The notes under the pieces: model-generated | What the model was told of the DNA's origin: nothing | What the model saw: the letters and a program-made list of their open reading frames with translations, nothing else | The model's database searches: none | In this document: positions 1-9,174 of the stretch, one piece after another | How positions within the stretch are numbered: position 1 is the first letter of the stretch | Layout: each line of letters opens with the position of its first letter | Program-made: the position numbers and the translations under genes | From: an uncultured Alistipes sp. | GTDB taxonomy: Bacteria > Bacteroidota > Bacteroidia > Bacteroidales > Rikenellaceae | DNA: 64,000 nucleotides | NCBI GenBank assembly: GCA_904502285.1 | Contig: CAJGEC010000002.1 | Coordinates: 15,126 to 79,125 of the forward strand | Reading direction: 5' to 3'

Positions 1-141
1 GGCCTGCTGGTGGAACTTGGCAATGATAGCATCGGCATCGTCGCCCTTGATGATCAGACCAACGGCCTTGTCGCATATATCTGCACTCGTGGCTCTGGCA
101 TTGCCTCCCTCTGGATTGAAGGCTCGTATGATAATATCCAT
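1..141 (-). CDS. Hypothetical protein, N-terminal 47 codons only (runs off the window edge)
   Basis: ATG at 141, open to position 1: MDIIIRAFNPEGGNARATSADICDKAVGLIIKGDDADAIIAKFHQQA. A/T-rich upstream region; same strand as, and downstream of, the 199-486 gene. Confidence 0.7.
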   Translation of the reverse strand, partial: MDIIIRAFNPEGGNARATSADICDKAVGLIIKGDDADAIIAKFHQQA

Positions 142-198
142 AGTCGTAATATTTTAAGATTTATAGGTCGTAGTCTTTTATGGAGGCAGGCCAAACGC

Positions 199-486
199 CT
201 ATCTCCTATGTCCTGGGCCTTCAGGGAACCAACCCTTCTTAACTCGCTCCTTCTGGTGTATCAACTCCAAGATACTCCAAAACGATGAGAAGGCCACAAC
301 ACCAAGAATTGTCGATACAATAAAATTCTCTGCTATGAGTGAGAGCAGACAAAATAGGATGCCCGCAACAAGAAACATCCACCAACACTTTGTACCAAGA
401 TAGTACTCCGCCTTGATAACAATAGGATGGAACACTCCAATTATTAGAAATGTGGCAAGACCCACAATGATTCCCGTAAAGTTCAT
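199..486 (-). CDS. Small membrane protein, DUF4491-like
   Basis: 95 aa, three hydrophobic segments; IIGVFHPIVIKAEYY and ELIHQKERVKKGWFP resemble this Bacteroidales family. Confidence 0.8.
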   Translation of the reverse strand: MNFTGIIVGLATFLIIGVFHPIVIKAEYYLGTKCWWMFLVAGILFCLLSLIAENFIVSTILGVVAFSSFWSILELIHQKERVKKGWFPEGPGHRR

Positions 487-524
487 ATATTAAGACAGTT
501 TATATTTACTCGCCTAATAACACA

Positions 525-532
525 CAAATATA
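525..532 (-). promoter_or_regulatory. Bacteroidota sigma-A -7 box (TATATTTG)
   Basis: Matches TAnnTTTG on the minus strand about 40 nt upstream of the ATG at 486. Confidence 0.55.
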
Positions 533-608
533 CGAAATTATTTCGATTTCCAACTCTCAAGGAGCATTTTTGACCACAGAAGAGACTACTTATGCTACTA
601 CAAAAAGT

Positions 609-648
609 ATCCCACAGAAGAGTACACCCCTGTACTCTTCTGTGGGAT
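609..648 (-). terminator. Hairpin downstream of the GH5 gene, probable intrinsic terminator
   Basis: Perfect 18-bp inverted repeat ATCCCACAGAAGAGTACA-cccc-TGTACTCTTCTGTGGGAT; A-run at 602-606 gives a U-tract on the minus strand. Confidence 0.75.
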
Positions 649-692
649 TAACATTCATAGAGGGGAGATAGCCCCCCCATTCACTTAAAAAA

Positions 693-2015
693 CTACAAAT
701 TGCCGAGTCGTCTATTAGCCTCACGGATAATATTAAGCGTAGAGCTGTCCTCAACAAAGATTGAGTTGAGACCCTGCTGCTCCTGTGCTGGATCACCAGT
801 ATAGTCATCGCCCTTAGCCCAGTACTCGTGGTCCTCGACATTAGTCTTAGCAAAGCCTCCCCAACTCCAGAAGTTACATCCTGCAAATGGGCCATTCTGC
901 TCCTTATCCTTGAGAATAAGGTCGAAAACGAAGGTATAGTACTTATCGCGGCACACAACAGGGCTACCCTTATGGAAGTCCATATTGTCGCGTGGCATAC
1001 CAAACTCCTCAACCACTACAGGCTTGTTAATAGAGTGACCAAGGCCGATGTGCATATCGATATACTCCTTTGTGTTTGCGCAAGAGCGGTCGAGGTCTGC
1101 AACCATATTGTCGCCACGCATCCACTTCCAATTATAAGGCCATACGTGACAGTTGATATATGATATCTCGTCGAGGGCGTGAATACGCTCACAAAGAGCC
1201 ATATCCCACTCGCAGCCATAGAAGCCCTCAGAGCCTGTAGAGATCATATGGTTAGGGTCGAGCGAACGGATGAGTTTCGCTGAGGCAGCAATCCACTCAG
1301 CAAAGGCCTCCTTGTTGTCCTGCTCCTTGCTGCTGAAGGCACGAGGCTCGTTGCAAATCTGCCAAGAGAAGATCGCTGGGTCCTCGATGTATTTAATACC
1401 AGTATAGCGGTTGGTACGTGTAATAATATAGCGCAAGTGGTTAAAGAACAACTCCTTAGCGCGCTCATTACGCACAAACTCTCCAGCGAAGGCATTGTAT
1501 GAGAACCAGCCATCCACACGTGGAACTAACACCGGAGTATTATTTGCCCAAGCTACATATTGTGTGTAACCACCACTCCACTCCCAGGCATTGTTGAAGT
1601 AGAGTACGGCAGTCATACCGCGCTTACCCAACTCCATCATAAGGAAGTCGAGACCAGCCAAAACGTCGTCGTTATAGATACCTGGCTCAGGCTGTAGGTT
1701 GGGCTCAATTTTACCCAAAAGACCATTCTCACCCTCACCACCAACAAGTACACGGAGGTTGTCGATACCGTGGGACTTCATAAAATCGAGCTCCCTAACG
1801 AGACGCTCACGGTTGCCACCCTCGCCCTCAGAGCCGAGGATTGCTCCATACCAGAAGTTTGTACCCACGAAATAGTATGGCTCACCATTGCGAATAAACT
1901 GTCCGTCCTTAACCGTAATGATGTCATCCACAGGTGATTTACCAAACTCTGAGCATCCCACTAAAGCGACCATCGCCACGACAAAAAGGAGAAATAATCT
2001 TTTAAAATTCTTCAT
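693..2015 (-). CDS. GH5 beta-mannanase/mannosidase-like lipoprotein
   Basis: Lipobox VALVGC; YFVGTNFWYG, NNAWEWSGG, acid/base motif ICNEPR and nucleophile motif VVEEFG, typical of GH5 mannan-active enzymes. Confidence 0.88.
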   Translation of the reverse strand: MKNFKRLFLLFVVAMVALVGCSEFGKSPVDDIITVKDGQFIRNGEPYYFVGTNFWYGAILGSEGEGGNRERLVRELDFMKSHGIDNLRVLVGGEGENGLLGKIEPNLQPEPGIYNDDVLAGLDFLMMELGKRGMTAVLYFNNAWEWSGGYTQYVAWANNTPVLVPRVDGWFSYNAFAGEFVRNERAKELFFNHLRYIITRTNRYTGIKYIEDPAIFSWQICNEPRAFSSKEQDNKEAFAEWIAASAKLIRSLDPNHMISTGSEGFYGCEWDMALCERIHALDEISYINCHVWPYNWKWMRGDNMVADLDRSCANTKEYIDMHIGLGHSINKPVVVEEFGMPRDNMDFHKGSPVVCRDKYYTFVFDLILKDKEQNGPFAGCNFWSWGGFAKTNVEDHEYWAKGDDYTGDPAQEQQGLNSIFVEDSSTLNIIREANRRLGNL

Positions 2016-2047
2016 CTCTTTAATATTTTGTGTTTACTAATTTTCTA

Positions 2048-2055
2048 CAAAATTA
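2048..2055 (-). promoter_or_regulatory. sigma-A -7 box for the GH5 gene (TAATTTTG)
   Basis: TAnnTTTG on the minus strand about 33 nt upstream of the ATG at 2015. Confidence 0.55.
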
Positions 2056-2231
2056 CACTTTTTTCCCAATTACAACACCATCATCTCAAAAAGTGATGAA
2101 TTTTCCGCATATTTTTACCCCTATTTTCGCCTTACGTAAAGAGATTCTGCCACCCTATTTTCCTCCAGCAAAAGTGTAAATATTTTTAAAAATTGTCACC
2201 CTTTAAACTTGTATTTTTTCGTGGGAATATA

Positions 2232-2239
2232 TAATTTTG
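2232..2239 (+). promoter_or_regulatory. sigma-A -7 box for the murG operon (TAATTTTG)
   Basis: TAnnTTTG with TTG about 20 nt upstream; lies about 115 nt before murG. Confidence 0.55.
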
Positions 2240-2353
2240 TAGGGTGAAATTGCAGACATATCCCCTAATCATAAGCGGGGTATGATTAAACGTTTGATTA
2301 TCAAATGCTTATATTGTTATAAGTAGATTATTTTTTGCACTATAATACGACGC

Positions 2354-3460
2354 ATGAAACGAATAATTTTGTCGGGCGGAGGTACCGGCGGACATATATA
2401 CCCTGCCGTGGCTGTGGCAGAGGCCCTAAAACGTAAATACAACGAGGATGTAGAGATACTTTTTGTGGGTGCCGAAGGAAAGATGGAGATGGAGAAAGTT
2501 CCAGCCTTGGGCTACCGCATCGAGAGCCTCCCTGTGGTTGGTCTACAGCGCCGTTTTGAACTCGCCAACCTGACTATTCCCTTTAGGCTCGTGGCAAGCA
2601 TCCGTCGTGCCAAGCGCATAATCCGCGAGTTTGGTGCAGACATCGTCGTAGGCTTTGGCGGTTACGCCTCAGCCCCCATCCTTTGGGCAGCACAGCGTCT
2701 CGGCATCCCCACAGTTATTCAGGAGCAGAACTCATACGCAGGTCTCACCAATAAGTTGCTCTCGAAGCGTGCCAAGCGCATCTGTGTCGCTTACGACAAG
2801 ATGGAGCGCTTCTTCCCCAAGGAGCGTATCGTGATGACGGGAAATCCTTTGCGAGGCCGATTCTCATCGAACAACAACCGCAAGGAGGCACTCGCACACT
2901 ATGGTTTCAACGAGGAGCTACCCGTAGTATTGGTTGTGGGAGGTTCGCTCGGCACACGAACCCTCAACGAGATGATGAAGGCCTGGATACTCACACTCAA
3001 TGGCACAGCCCCAGTGCAGGTAATCTGGCAGACGGGCAAGTTCTACGAGAGCGAGATGAAGGAGTTCCTCGCCCAGCACCCCACAGCAAACATCTGGCAG
3101 GGTGCATTCATCGAGCGTATGGACTATGCCTACGGTGCTGCCGACGTAGTACTATCACGCAGTGGTGCCTGCACCGTATCGGAGTTGTGCTTGGTGGCTA
3201 AGCCTACCATCTTCGTTCCATCACCCAACGTGGCTGAGGACCACCAGACAAAGAATGCTATGGCCTTGGTGGAGAAGGGTGCAGCAGAGATTGTGCGCGA
3301 CAGCGAGGCTGTGGAGCGAGGTATGCGTGAGGCTGTGGCCCTCGCCCTCGACGTAGAGCGCCGTGAGCAGCTATCGGCAAATATCGCCTCGTTGGCTATC
3401 AGCGACTCTGCAGAGCGTGTAGTAATGGAAATCGAGTCGCTACTAACTGCCAGAAAATAG
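2354..3460 (+). CDS. murG: Lipid II GlcNAc transferase MurG
   Basis: SGGGTGGHIYP, GFGGYAS, QEQNSYAG, GGSLG, EDHQTKNA motifs. Confidence 0.97.
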   Translation: MKRIILSGGGTGGHIYPAVAVAEALKRKYNEDVEILFVGAEGKMEMEKVPALGYRIESLPVVGLQRRFELANLTIPFRLVASIRRAKRIIREFGADIVVGFGGYASAPILWAAQRLGIPTVIQEQNSYAGLTNKLLSKRAKRICVAYDKMERFFPKERIVMTGNPLRGRFSSNNNRKEALAHYGFNEELPVVLVVGGSLGTRTLNEMMKAWILTLNGTAPVQVIWQTGKFYESEMKEFLAQHPTANIWQGAFIERMDYAYGAADVVLSRSGACTVSELCLVAKPTIFVPSPNVAEDHQTKNAMALVEKGAAEIVRDSEAVERGMREAVALALDVERREQLSANIASLAISDSAERVVMEIESLLTARK

Positions 3461-3468
3461 GTTTTACA

Positions 3469-4860
3469 ATGGAACAGCAGTTTTCGAATATATACTTCTT
3501 GGGCATCGGAGGTATTGGTATGAGTGCCATTGCCCGCTACTTCCTCCACGAGGGGTATGCTGTGGCAGGTTACGACCTCACGGCAACACCTCTAACTCGC
3601 GCCTTGGAGGCCGAGGGTGCGGCGGTACACTACGACGACAACCCCGACCTCATCCCAGAGGCTATGCGCAACCCCGAGAACACCTTGGTAGTCCTCACCC
3701 CTGCCATTCCTCACGACCACAAGGAGTGGGCGTGGCTCAGAGAGCAGGGCTTCACCATCGAGAAGCGCTCGCAGATGCTTGGCCATCTGAGCGTCGGTAA
3801 GCTCGTGATGGCCGTTGCTGGCACTCACGGCAAGACCACCACTTCGACGTTGGCCTCGTGGCTCAACCACTGCACAGGCCTTGGCAGTGCCTTCCTCGGA
3901 GGCATCTCGCGCAACTTCGCCTCTAACCTCGTCTTGGGCGAGGGACGACGCCTCGTTGTGGAGGCCGACGAGTACGACCGCTCATTCCTACGCCTACACC
4001 CCGACGTGGCGGTAATCACTGCAACGGATGCCGACCACCTCGACATCTACGACACTCCAGAGGCTATGGTCAAGGCCTTTGAGGAGTTTGCCTCACAGAT
4101 AAAAGAGGGCGGTGCACTCATCATTAAGCAGGGGGTGGTGATAGATTACGACACAACAGCGCGTCAAATATATAGATACTCTTGCGACAAGGGTGGCGAC
4201 TTCCACGCCGAGAACATAGAACTCATCGAGGGCGGACACTACCGCTACGACATAGTTCTTCCCGATGGACGCATCGAGGGTTGCCGTCTCGGCATCTTGG
4301 GCAAGATACATATCGAGAACTCCATTGCTGCGGTGGCGATGCTCTGGGCAGCAGCACGTATCGAGGGCAAGGAGTTTGATAAGGATGCTGTGCGTCGAGG
4401 CCTCGACAGTTTTGAGGGTGTGAAGCGCCGTATGGAGGTCTACCTCAACACCCCTGAGCAGGTATATATCGACGACTACGCCCACCACCCAGAGGAGTTG
4501 AGGGCTACGATGACATCCCTGCGCGACATATTCCCTAATCGCAAGATTACGGCAGTATTCCAGCCACACCTCTACACTCGCACACGCGACTTCGCCACGG
4601 AGTTCTCCGAGGTGCTGTCGATGGCCGACAGGGTGCTTATGGTGCCCATCTACCCCGCTCGCGAGCTACCTATCGAGGGTGTGACATCCGAACTCATCGG
4701 ACGCAACCTCACCACCGAGTGGCAGATGGTCGAGCGTGACGACATAGCCTCAACACTCAAGGGTCTCGACACCGATGTTGTAGTAACCTTTGGTGCAGGC
4801 AATATAGATGTGGTATGTAGCGCTGTGGCCGAGACTCTCAGGGCTAAGTGTAACAGATAG
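3469..4860 (+). CDS. murC: UDP-N-acetylmuramate--L-alanine ligase
   Basis: GIGGIGMSA, AGTHGKTTT, EADEYDRSF, DDYAHHP, FQPHLYTRT motifs. Confidence 0.97.
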   Translation: MEQQFSNIYFLGIGGIGMSAIARYFLHEGYAVAGYDLTATPLTRALEAEGAAVHYDDNPDLIPEAMRNPENTLVVLTPAIPHDHKEWAWLREQGFTIEKRSQMLGHLSVGKLVMAVAGTHGKTTTSTLASWLNHCTGLGSAFLGGISRNFASNLVLGEGRRLVVEADEYDRSFLRLHPDVAVITATDADHLDIYDTPEAMVKAFEEFASQIKEGGALIIKQGVVIDYDTTARQIYRYSCDKGGDFHAENIELIEGGHYRYDIVLPDGRIEGCRLGILGKIHIENSIAAVAMLWAAARIEGKEFDKDAVRRGLDSFEGVKRRMEVYLNTPEQVYIDDYAHHPEELRATMTSLRDIFPNRKITAVFQPHLYTRTRDFATEFSEVLSMADRVLMVPIYPARELPIEGVTSELIGRNLTTEWQMVERDDIASTLKGLDTDVVVTFGAGNIDVVCSAVAETLRAKCNR

Positions 4861-4874
4861 TTGTTTAGGGCGTT

Positions 4875-5966
4875 ATGTGGCAGAAGGTTGGCAAAGGCAT
4901 AGGTTTCGCACTCCTCTGGGTGCTTATCATCGTGGTTGTGGTAAGTGCTGAGCGACTTGCGACCAAGCACAACAAGAGTGTGCCCGTCACCACCATCGAG
5001 ATAGATATCGAGGGAGGTGGCGACAACCCACTCATCGACCAGACATCGCTCTTAGAGTGGTTTGGCCAGCACGGCATCACCCCTATAGGTAGTGTGATTG
5101 ACAACGTGGACATCGCCACCATAGAGCAGACCATCGCCCACCACAACGCCGTGGCCGAAGCCAACGTCTTTGTCACCTACGATGGCGAGATGGAGGTGGA
5201 GATAACTCAGCGAGAGCCCATCGCGCGCTTACGCATCTCGGGATACGATATGTACCTCACACGTGAGGGCTATCTCCTCCCTGCCAAGGATGTCTATGCC
5301 GTACACGTTCCCGTGATTACGGGTTCGTTCAAACCGCTGTTCAAGAGCGACTTCATAGGCTATGCCAAGGATGTGGCACTCGACTCTATCGCTATGCTCG
5401 ACAAACATATCGCGACCCTTGAGGATGATAAGTTGCCCCTCTACCGCGACCTCATCGCCAACAACAAGCAGTTGCGCAGTGTTAAACGTGCAGCCCCCAA
5501 GAAGAGCATCTTCGTCTCAAAGGGCGAGTTCGACATATTGTACTCAGCCTATAAGGAGGGGCTCAGCAAGGCCACCGAGGATTATAGCATCAACAAGCGA
5601 CGTATCAATGGTGCTATAGCGGCTCTGGGCCAGGCACAGGAGGATGCGCGCAAGAAGCAGCATACCATTCGCAACCACGCGAACGACTTCGAGGCCTTGG
5701 TGGAGTTGCTTACATTTATTGGCGAGGACGAGTTCTGGAACGCAGAGATAGTACAGATTATCGCATCGGGAGGTGGTCACGAACCTCTACAACTCGCCAT
5801 TGTTCCTCGTTCGGGTCGCTTCACCGTAGACCTCGGCACGATGGAAAACCTCGTAGAGAAACTCAACAAACTGCGTCGTTTCTACGAGAATGGTCTCAAC
5901 AACGTCGGCTGGGACAAGTATCGCAACATCAGTCTGCGTTACAGAGGCCAGGTGGTGTGCAGATAA
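4875..5966 (+). CDS. ftsQ: Cell division protein FtsQ, long form with internal helical insertion
   Basis: Between murC and ftsA; single N-terminal TM, POTRA-like region, QREPIAR, Bacteroidales-type C-terminus GWDKYRNISLRYRGQVVC. Confidence 0.88.
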   Translation: MWQKVGKGIGFALLWVLIIVVVVSAERLATKHNKSVPVTTIEIDIEGGGDNPLIDQTSLLEWFGQHGITPIGSVIDNVDIATIEQTIAHHNAVAEANVFVTYDGEMEVEITQREPIARLRISGYDMYLTREGYLLPAKDVYAVHVPVITGSFKPLFKSDFIGYAKDVALDSIAMLDKHIATLEDDKLPLYRDLIANNKQLRSVKRAAPKKSIFVSKGEFDILYSAYKEGLSKATEDYSINKRRINGAIAALGQAQEDARKKQHTIRNHANDFEALVELLTFIGEDEFWNAEIVQIIASGGGHEPLQLAIVPRSGRFTVDLGTMENLVEKLNKLRRFYENGLNNVGWDKYRNISLRYRGQVVCR

Positions 5967-6108
5967 CACCTCGACTATAGGACATCGCAGGTCGATGGAC
6001 AGCGAGAGAGAGTGCGTATGGAAGTGACGAGTGACCAACCGAAAGAGAGTTACTCTTTAGCGCACACCGAATTAGGATAGGAAAGATAAATAAAAAACGG
6101 ATAGAACA

Positions 6109-7719
6109 ATGAAAGGTAAACAGATTGTAGCAATCGATGTTGGCTCAACCAATGTAGTTATGGCCGTAGGCTCTGTTGAGGATAGTGGCCAGATTGAGAT
6201 ATTGGGCGTGGCATCCGAGCCTGTAACTGGTGTAAATGCAGGCCGCATAGAGAATAGCGAAACCGTGGGTCGTGCCGTGCGCGCTGTGAAGGAGCGTCTC
6301 GAAAATAGCCTCGGCATCAAGATCACGGAGGCCTACGCAGGTCTCTCAGGAGAGTACATCCGCTGTGTTCCCGTCACCGACCACGTATATGTTCAAGATG
6401 AGCAGGGCAACGGCTGCAACCAGATTACCGAGCGAGACCTTGAGAGCCTCGACCGCCGTATGCAGAGCGTGAAACTCCCCGACAACAAGGAGGAGATCAT
6501 CAGCAAGGAGCCCCTCTGCTTCAAGGTCGATGATAAGGAGGTACGCGAGCCTGTGGGTGCCTACGGCCGTGTGCTTGCAGGAACCTACAACTTCATCCTC
6601 TGCGACCGCGAGATGCGTGAGCGCCTTATGCACTGCTTGCTCAAGCATGAGATTAGCGTGAAGCGCTTTGTGCCTAACGCCCTTGTGTCGCACCTCGGCA
6701 TCACCAACACCGAGGATATGGAGGAGGGTGCTATCGTCATCAACCTTGGTGGTGGCATCACCGACGTTACGGTGCTTAACAACGGCAAGGTGTGCTACAT
6801 CGCATCCATCCCTATCGGTATGGATATCATCAACGACGACATCCGCGCTTATGGCATCACTGGCTCATACATCGAGAGCCTCAAGGTGCAGTACGGCTGT
6901 GCCATTGCGGAGAATGCCGTGGACGACAAGATTTCATTCAGCCAGGCTCGCAAGGGTACTACAAAGAGCATCCGCCGTCGTAACCTCGCACGCATCATAG
7001 AGGAGCGTTTGAAGGAGATTTGCGAGTGGGTAAAGCGCGAGATTAAGGAGGCTAACTGCCGTCGTCGCTTCGCCCCCGTGGTATTCCTCACTGGTGGTGG
7101 TGCAGAACTCCCATTCGTCGAGGCACTCTTTGCCCGCGAACTCGGCTACGACGAGGTGCGCTCAGTATATCCTGAGTATGGCTTCACCGAAAATAGCCTT
7201 GGCGAGAAGGTCGATAACCGCGCCTATGCGACAATCCTTTCGCTCTTGCTCTACGGCTCTAACATCGGCTGTTGCAGTGTTGCGGAGCGCCCCGTGGTAT
7301 ATACTACCCCAGAGCCAAAGCCTACTCCTCGCACCCCTAACAACCCTTACGGTCAGGGCAATGAGGAGCGTGAGACACGCATCCCAAGACCTACACCTCG
7401 CCCTACTCCTACTCCTACGCCAATAAAGCCTACACCAAGCAACAATGGCGAGGAGAATGAGCATAACGACGAGATAAAGGAGGATGTGCCAACAAGACCT
7501 CTCAACCCTATCGTTCCTACACCAAAGCCTACCCCAACCCCAAAGCCTGAGACAAAGGAGGAGGGCAATGAGGAGAAGAAGGAGGACAAGAAGGAGGATA
7601 CTAAAGATGAGGAGATCGATATCGAGACTCAGCCTAAATCTAAGGGTCTCAAGGGCTGGCTTACCAAGGCCATCAGTTCGTTGGGCGACACATTCGCTGG
7701 CAAGGACGAGGAGTATTAA
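6109..7719 (+). CDS. ftsA: Cell division protein FtsA with long Pro/Thr- and Glu/Lys-rich linker
   Basis: AIDVGST, INLGGGITDV, LTGGGAEL actin-fold motifs; terminal amphipathic helix GLKGWLTKAISSLGDTF. Confidence 0.93.
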   Translation: MKGKQIVAIDVGSTNVVMAVGSVEDSGQIEILGVASEPVTGVNAGRIENSETVGRAVRAVKERLENSLGIKITEAYAGLSGEYIRCVPVTDHVYVQDEQGNGCNQITERDLESLDRRMQSVKLPDNKEEIISKEPLCFKVDDKEVREPVGAYGRVLAGTYNFILCDREMRERLMHCLLKHEISVKRFVPNALVSHLGITNTEDMEEGAIVINLGGGITDVTVLNNGKVCYIASIPIGMDIINDDIRAYGITGSYIESLKVQYGCAIAENAVDDKISFSQARKGTTKSIRRRNLARIIEERLKEICEWVKREIKEANCRRRFAPVVFLTGGGAELPFVEALFARELGYDEVRSVYPEYGFTENSLGEKVDNRAYATILSLLLYGSNIGCCSVAERPVVYTTPEPKPTPRTPNNPYGQGNEERETRIPRPTPRPTPTPTPIKPTPSNNGEENEHNDEIKEDVPTRPLNPIVPTPKPTPTPKPETKEEGNEEKKEDKKEDTKDEEIDIETQPKSKGLKGWLTKAISSLGDTFAGKDEEY

Positions 7720-7766
7720 TCTTTACCTAATACATTACTTATCACATAGTTAAAACTAATACGTAT

Positions 7767-9149
7767 ATGAGCGACTATACATATAACAACACCCCAAATA
7801 GCGAAATTGACGACCTCGCCTTGGCCGTCAGCGGAGGTAAACTCTCGGATCTCAACCTCGACACCAACTCTATGATTATGGTCATCGGTGTCGGTGGTGC
7901 TGGTGGCAACGCCGTAAACCACATGCAGGATTTGGAGATTTCGGGCGTGAACTTCGTGGTGTGTAACACCGATAAGCAGGCATTGGAGAACTGCCGCGTA
8001 GGCAACAAGATTCAGATTGGTCCAGGTCTCGGTGCTGGTAACGACCCAGAGAAGGGTCGCAAACTCGCCCTTGAAAGCGAGGAGCAGTTGCGCGACTTGC
8101 TCGACACCTCAGGCGTGCGTATGCTCTTCATCGCAGCAGGTATGGGTGGTGGTACTGGTACTGGCGCTTCGCCCGTCATTGCAAAGATTGCTCACGAGTT
8201 GAATATCCTCACCGTAGCCGTAGTGACTATGCCACTGGTGATGGAGGGTAATGGCCGTTTCAATAACGCGGTGAAGGGACTCAACGAGTTGAACAAGTAT
8301 GTGGACTCACTCATCATCATCGAGAATGAGCGTGTGCGTGAGCAGTATGGTAATCTTCCACTAAAGGAGGCCTTTGGTCGTGCCGACGATGTACTTGGTA
8401 TGGCTACTAAGGGTATCGCCGAGCTTATCACCGTGGATTGGGCATTGGTGCGTGTGGACTTCGCCGATGTCGAGAAGGTTATGCGTGGTAGCGGTCGCGC
8501 CCATATGTCGGTAGTGAAGAAGAGTGGCGAGAATCGTGCTTTGGAGGCTGCTAAGGAGGCCCTCGAATCATCACTCATCGACGATAACCACATCGCGGGT
8601 GCTAAGAGTATCTTGCTCAGCTACTCAGTAAAGGATATCGACACCCTCACCCACGATGATATCACCGTGGCAATGAAATATATTCAGGAGTGCGCACGTT
8701 ACAAGGATGAGAATGGCGACCTCCACATGGCAGATATCATCTGGGGTGCAAGCCAGAAGCACACCTTGGAGGATGACGAGTTGGAGATCGTCGTTGTGGC
8801 TACGGGCTTCGCCGATGGCAACGAACTCAAGATTAAGACCGAGTACGTAAACCCTGACTTCGACACCCCATTCGAGCAACCTAAGGAGGAGGCTAAGGTG
8901 GAGACCCCCGTAGTGGAGCCGACCCCAGTCAAGGAGCCTACCATCATCCATCAGGAGCCTGTGGTAATCACAGCCCCTAAGGACAGATACAAGAACATAG
9001 CAACCCAGAAGCGTGAGCCAGCCTACGTGCGCAACAACGCCACCTTCTTGGACGAGAGCGAGAATACCGCAACTACGACATTCCAGCCTGCACGTCGCAA
9101 CGAGCAGGAGGAGAGTTCAGACCTCGGTGGCTCACTCTTCCAGAACTAA
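7767..9149 (+). CDS. ftsZ: Cell division protein FtsZ
   Basis: GVGGAGGNAV, tubulin signature AGMGGGTGTG, VDFADV, VATGF, C-terminal EPAYVR peptide. Confidence 0.97.
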   Translation: MSDYTYNNTPNSEIDDLALAVSGGKLSDLNLDTNSMIMVIGVGGAGGNAVNHMQDLEISGVNFVVCNTDKQALENCRVGNKIQIGPGLGAGNDPEKGRKLALESEEQLRDLLDTSGVRMLFIAAGMGGGTGTGASPVIAKIAHELNILTVAVVTMPLVMEGNGRFNNAVKGLNELNKYVDSLIIIENERVREQYGNLPLKEAFGRADDVLGMATKGIAELITVDWALVRVDFADVEKVMRGSGRAHMSVVKKSGENRALEAAKEALESSLIDDNHIAGAKSILLSYSVKDIDTLTHDDITVAMKYIQECARYKDENGDLHMADIIWGASQKHTLEDDELEIVVVATGFADGNELKIKTEYVNPDFDTPFEQPKEEAKVETPVVEPTPVKEPTIIHQEPVVITAPKDRYKNIATQKREPAYVRNNATFLDESENTATTTFQPARRNEQEESSDLGGSLFQN

Positions 9150-9174
9150 ACTAAGAACGACAGAGCATTAACGA

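Noticed and set aside
2191..2251. Inverted repeat TCACCCT/AGGGTGA flanking the murG promoter, considered as an invertible promoter
   Set aside because: Only 7 bp perfect, no recombinase nearby, and phase variation of essential division genes is implausible.
6011..6065. Hammerhead-ribozyme-like string (GTGACGA...CGAAA)
   Set aside because: Core reads GUGACGA rather than CUGANGA, stem II cannot form and stem I is out of register.
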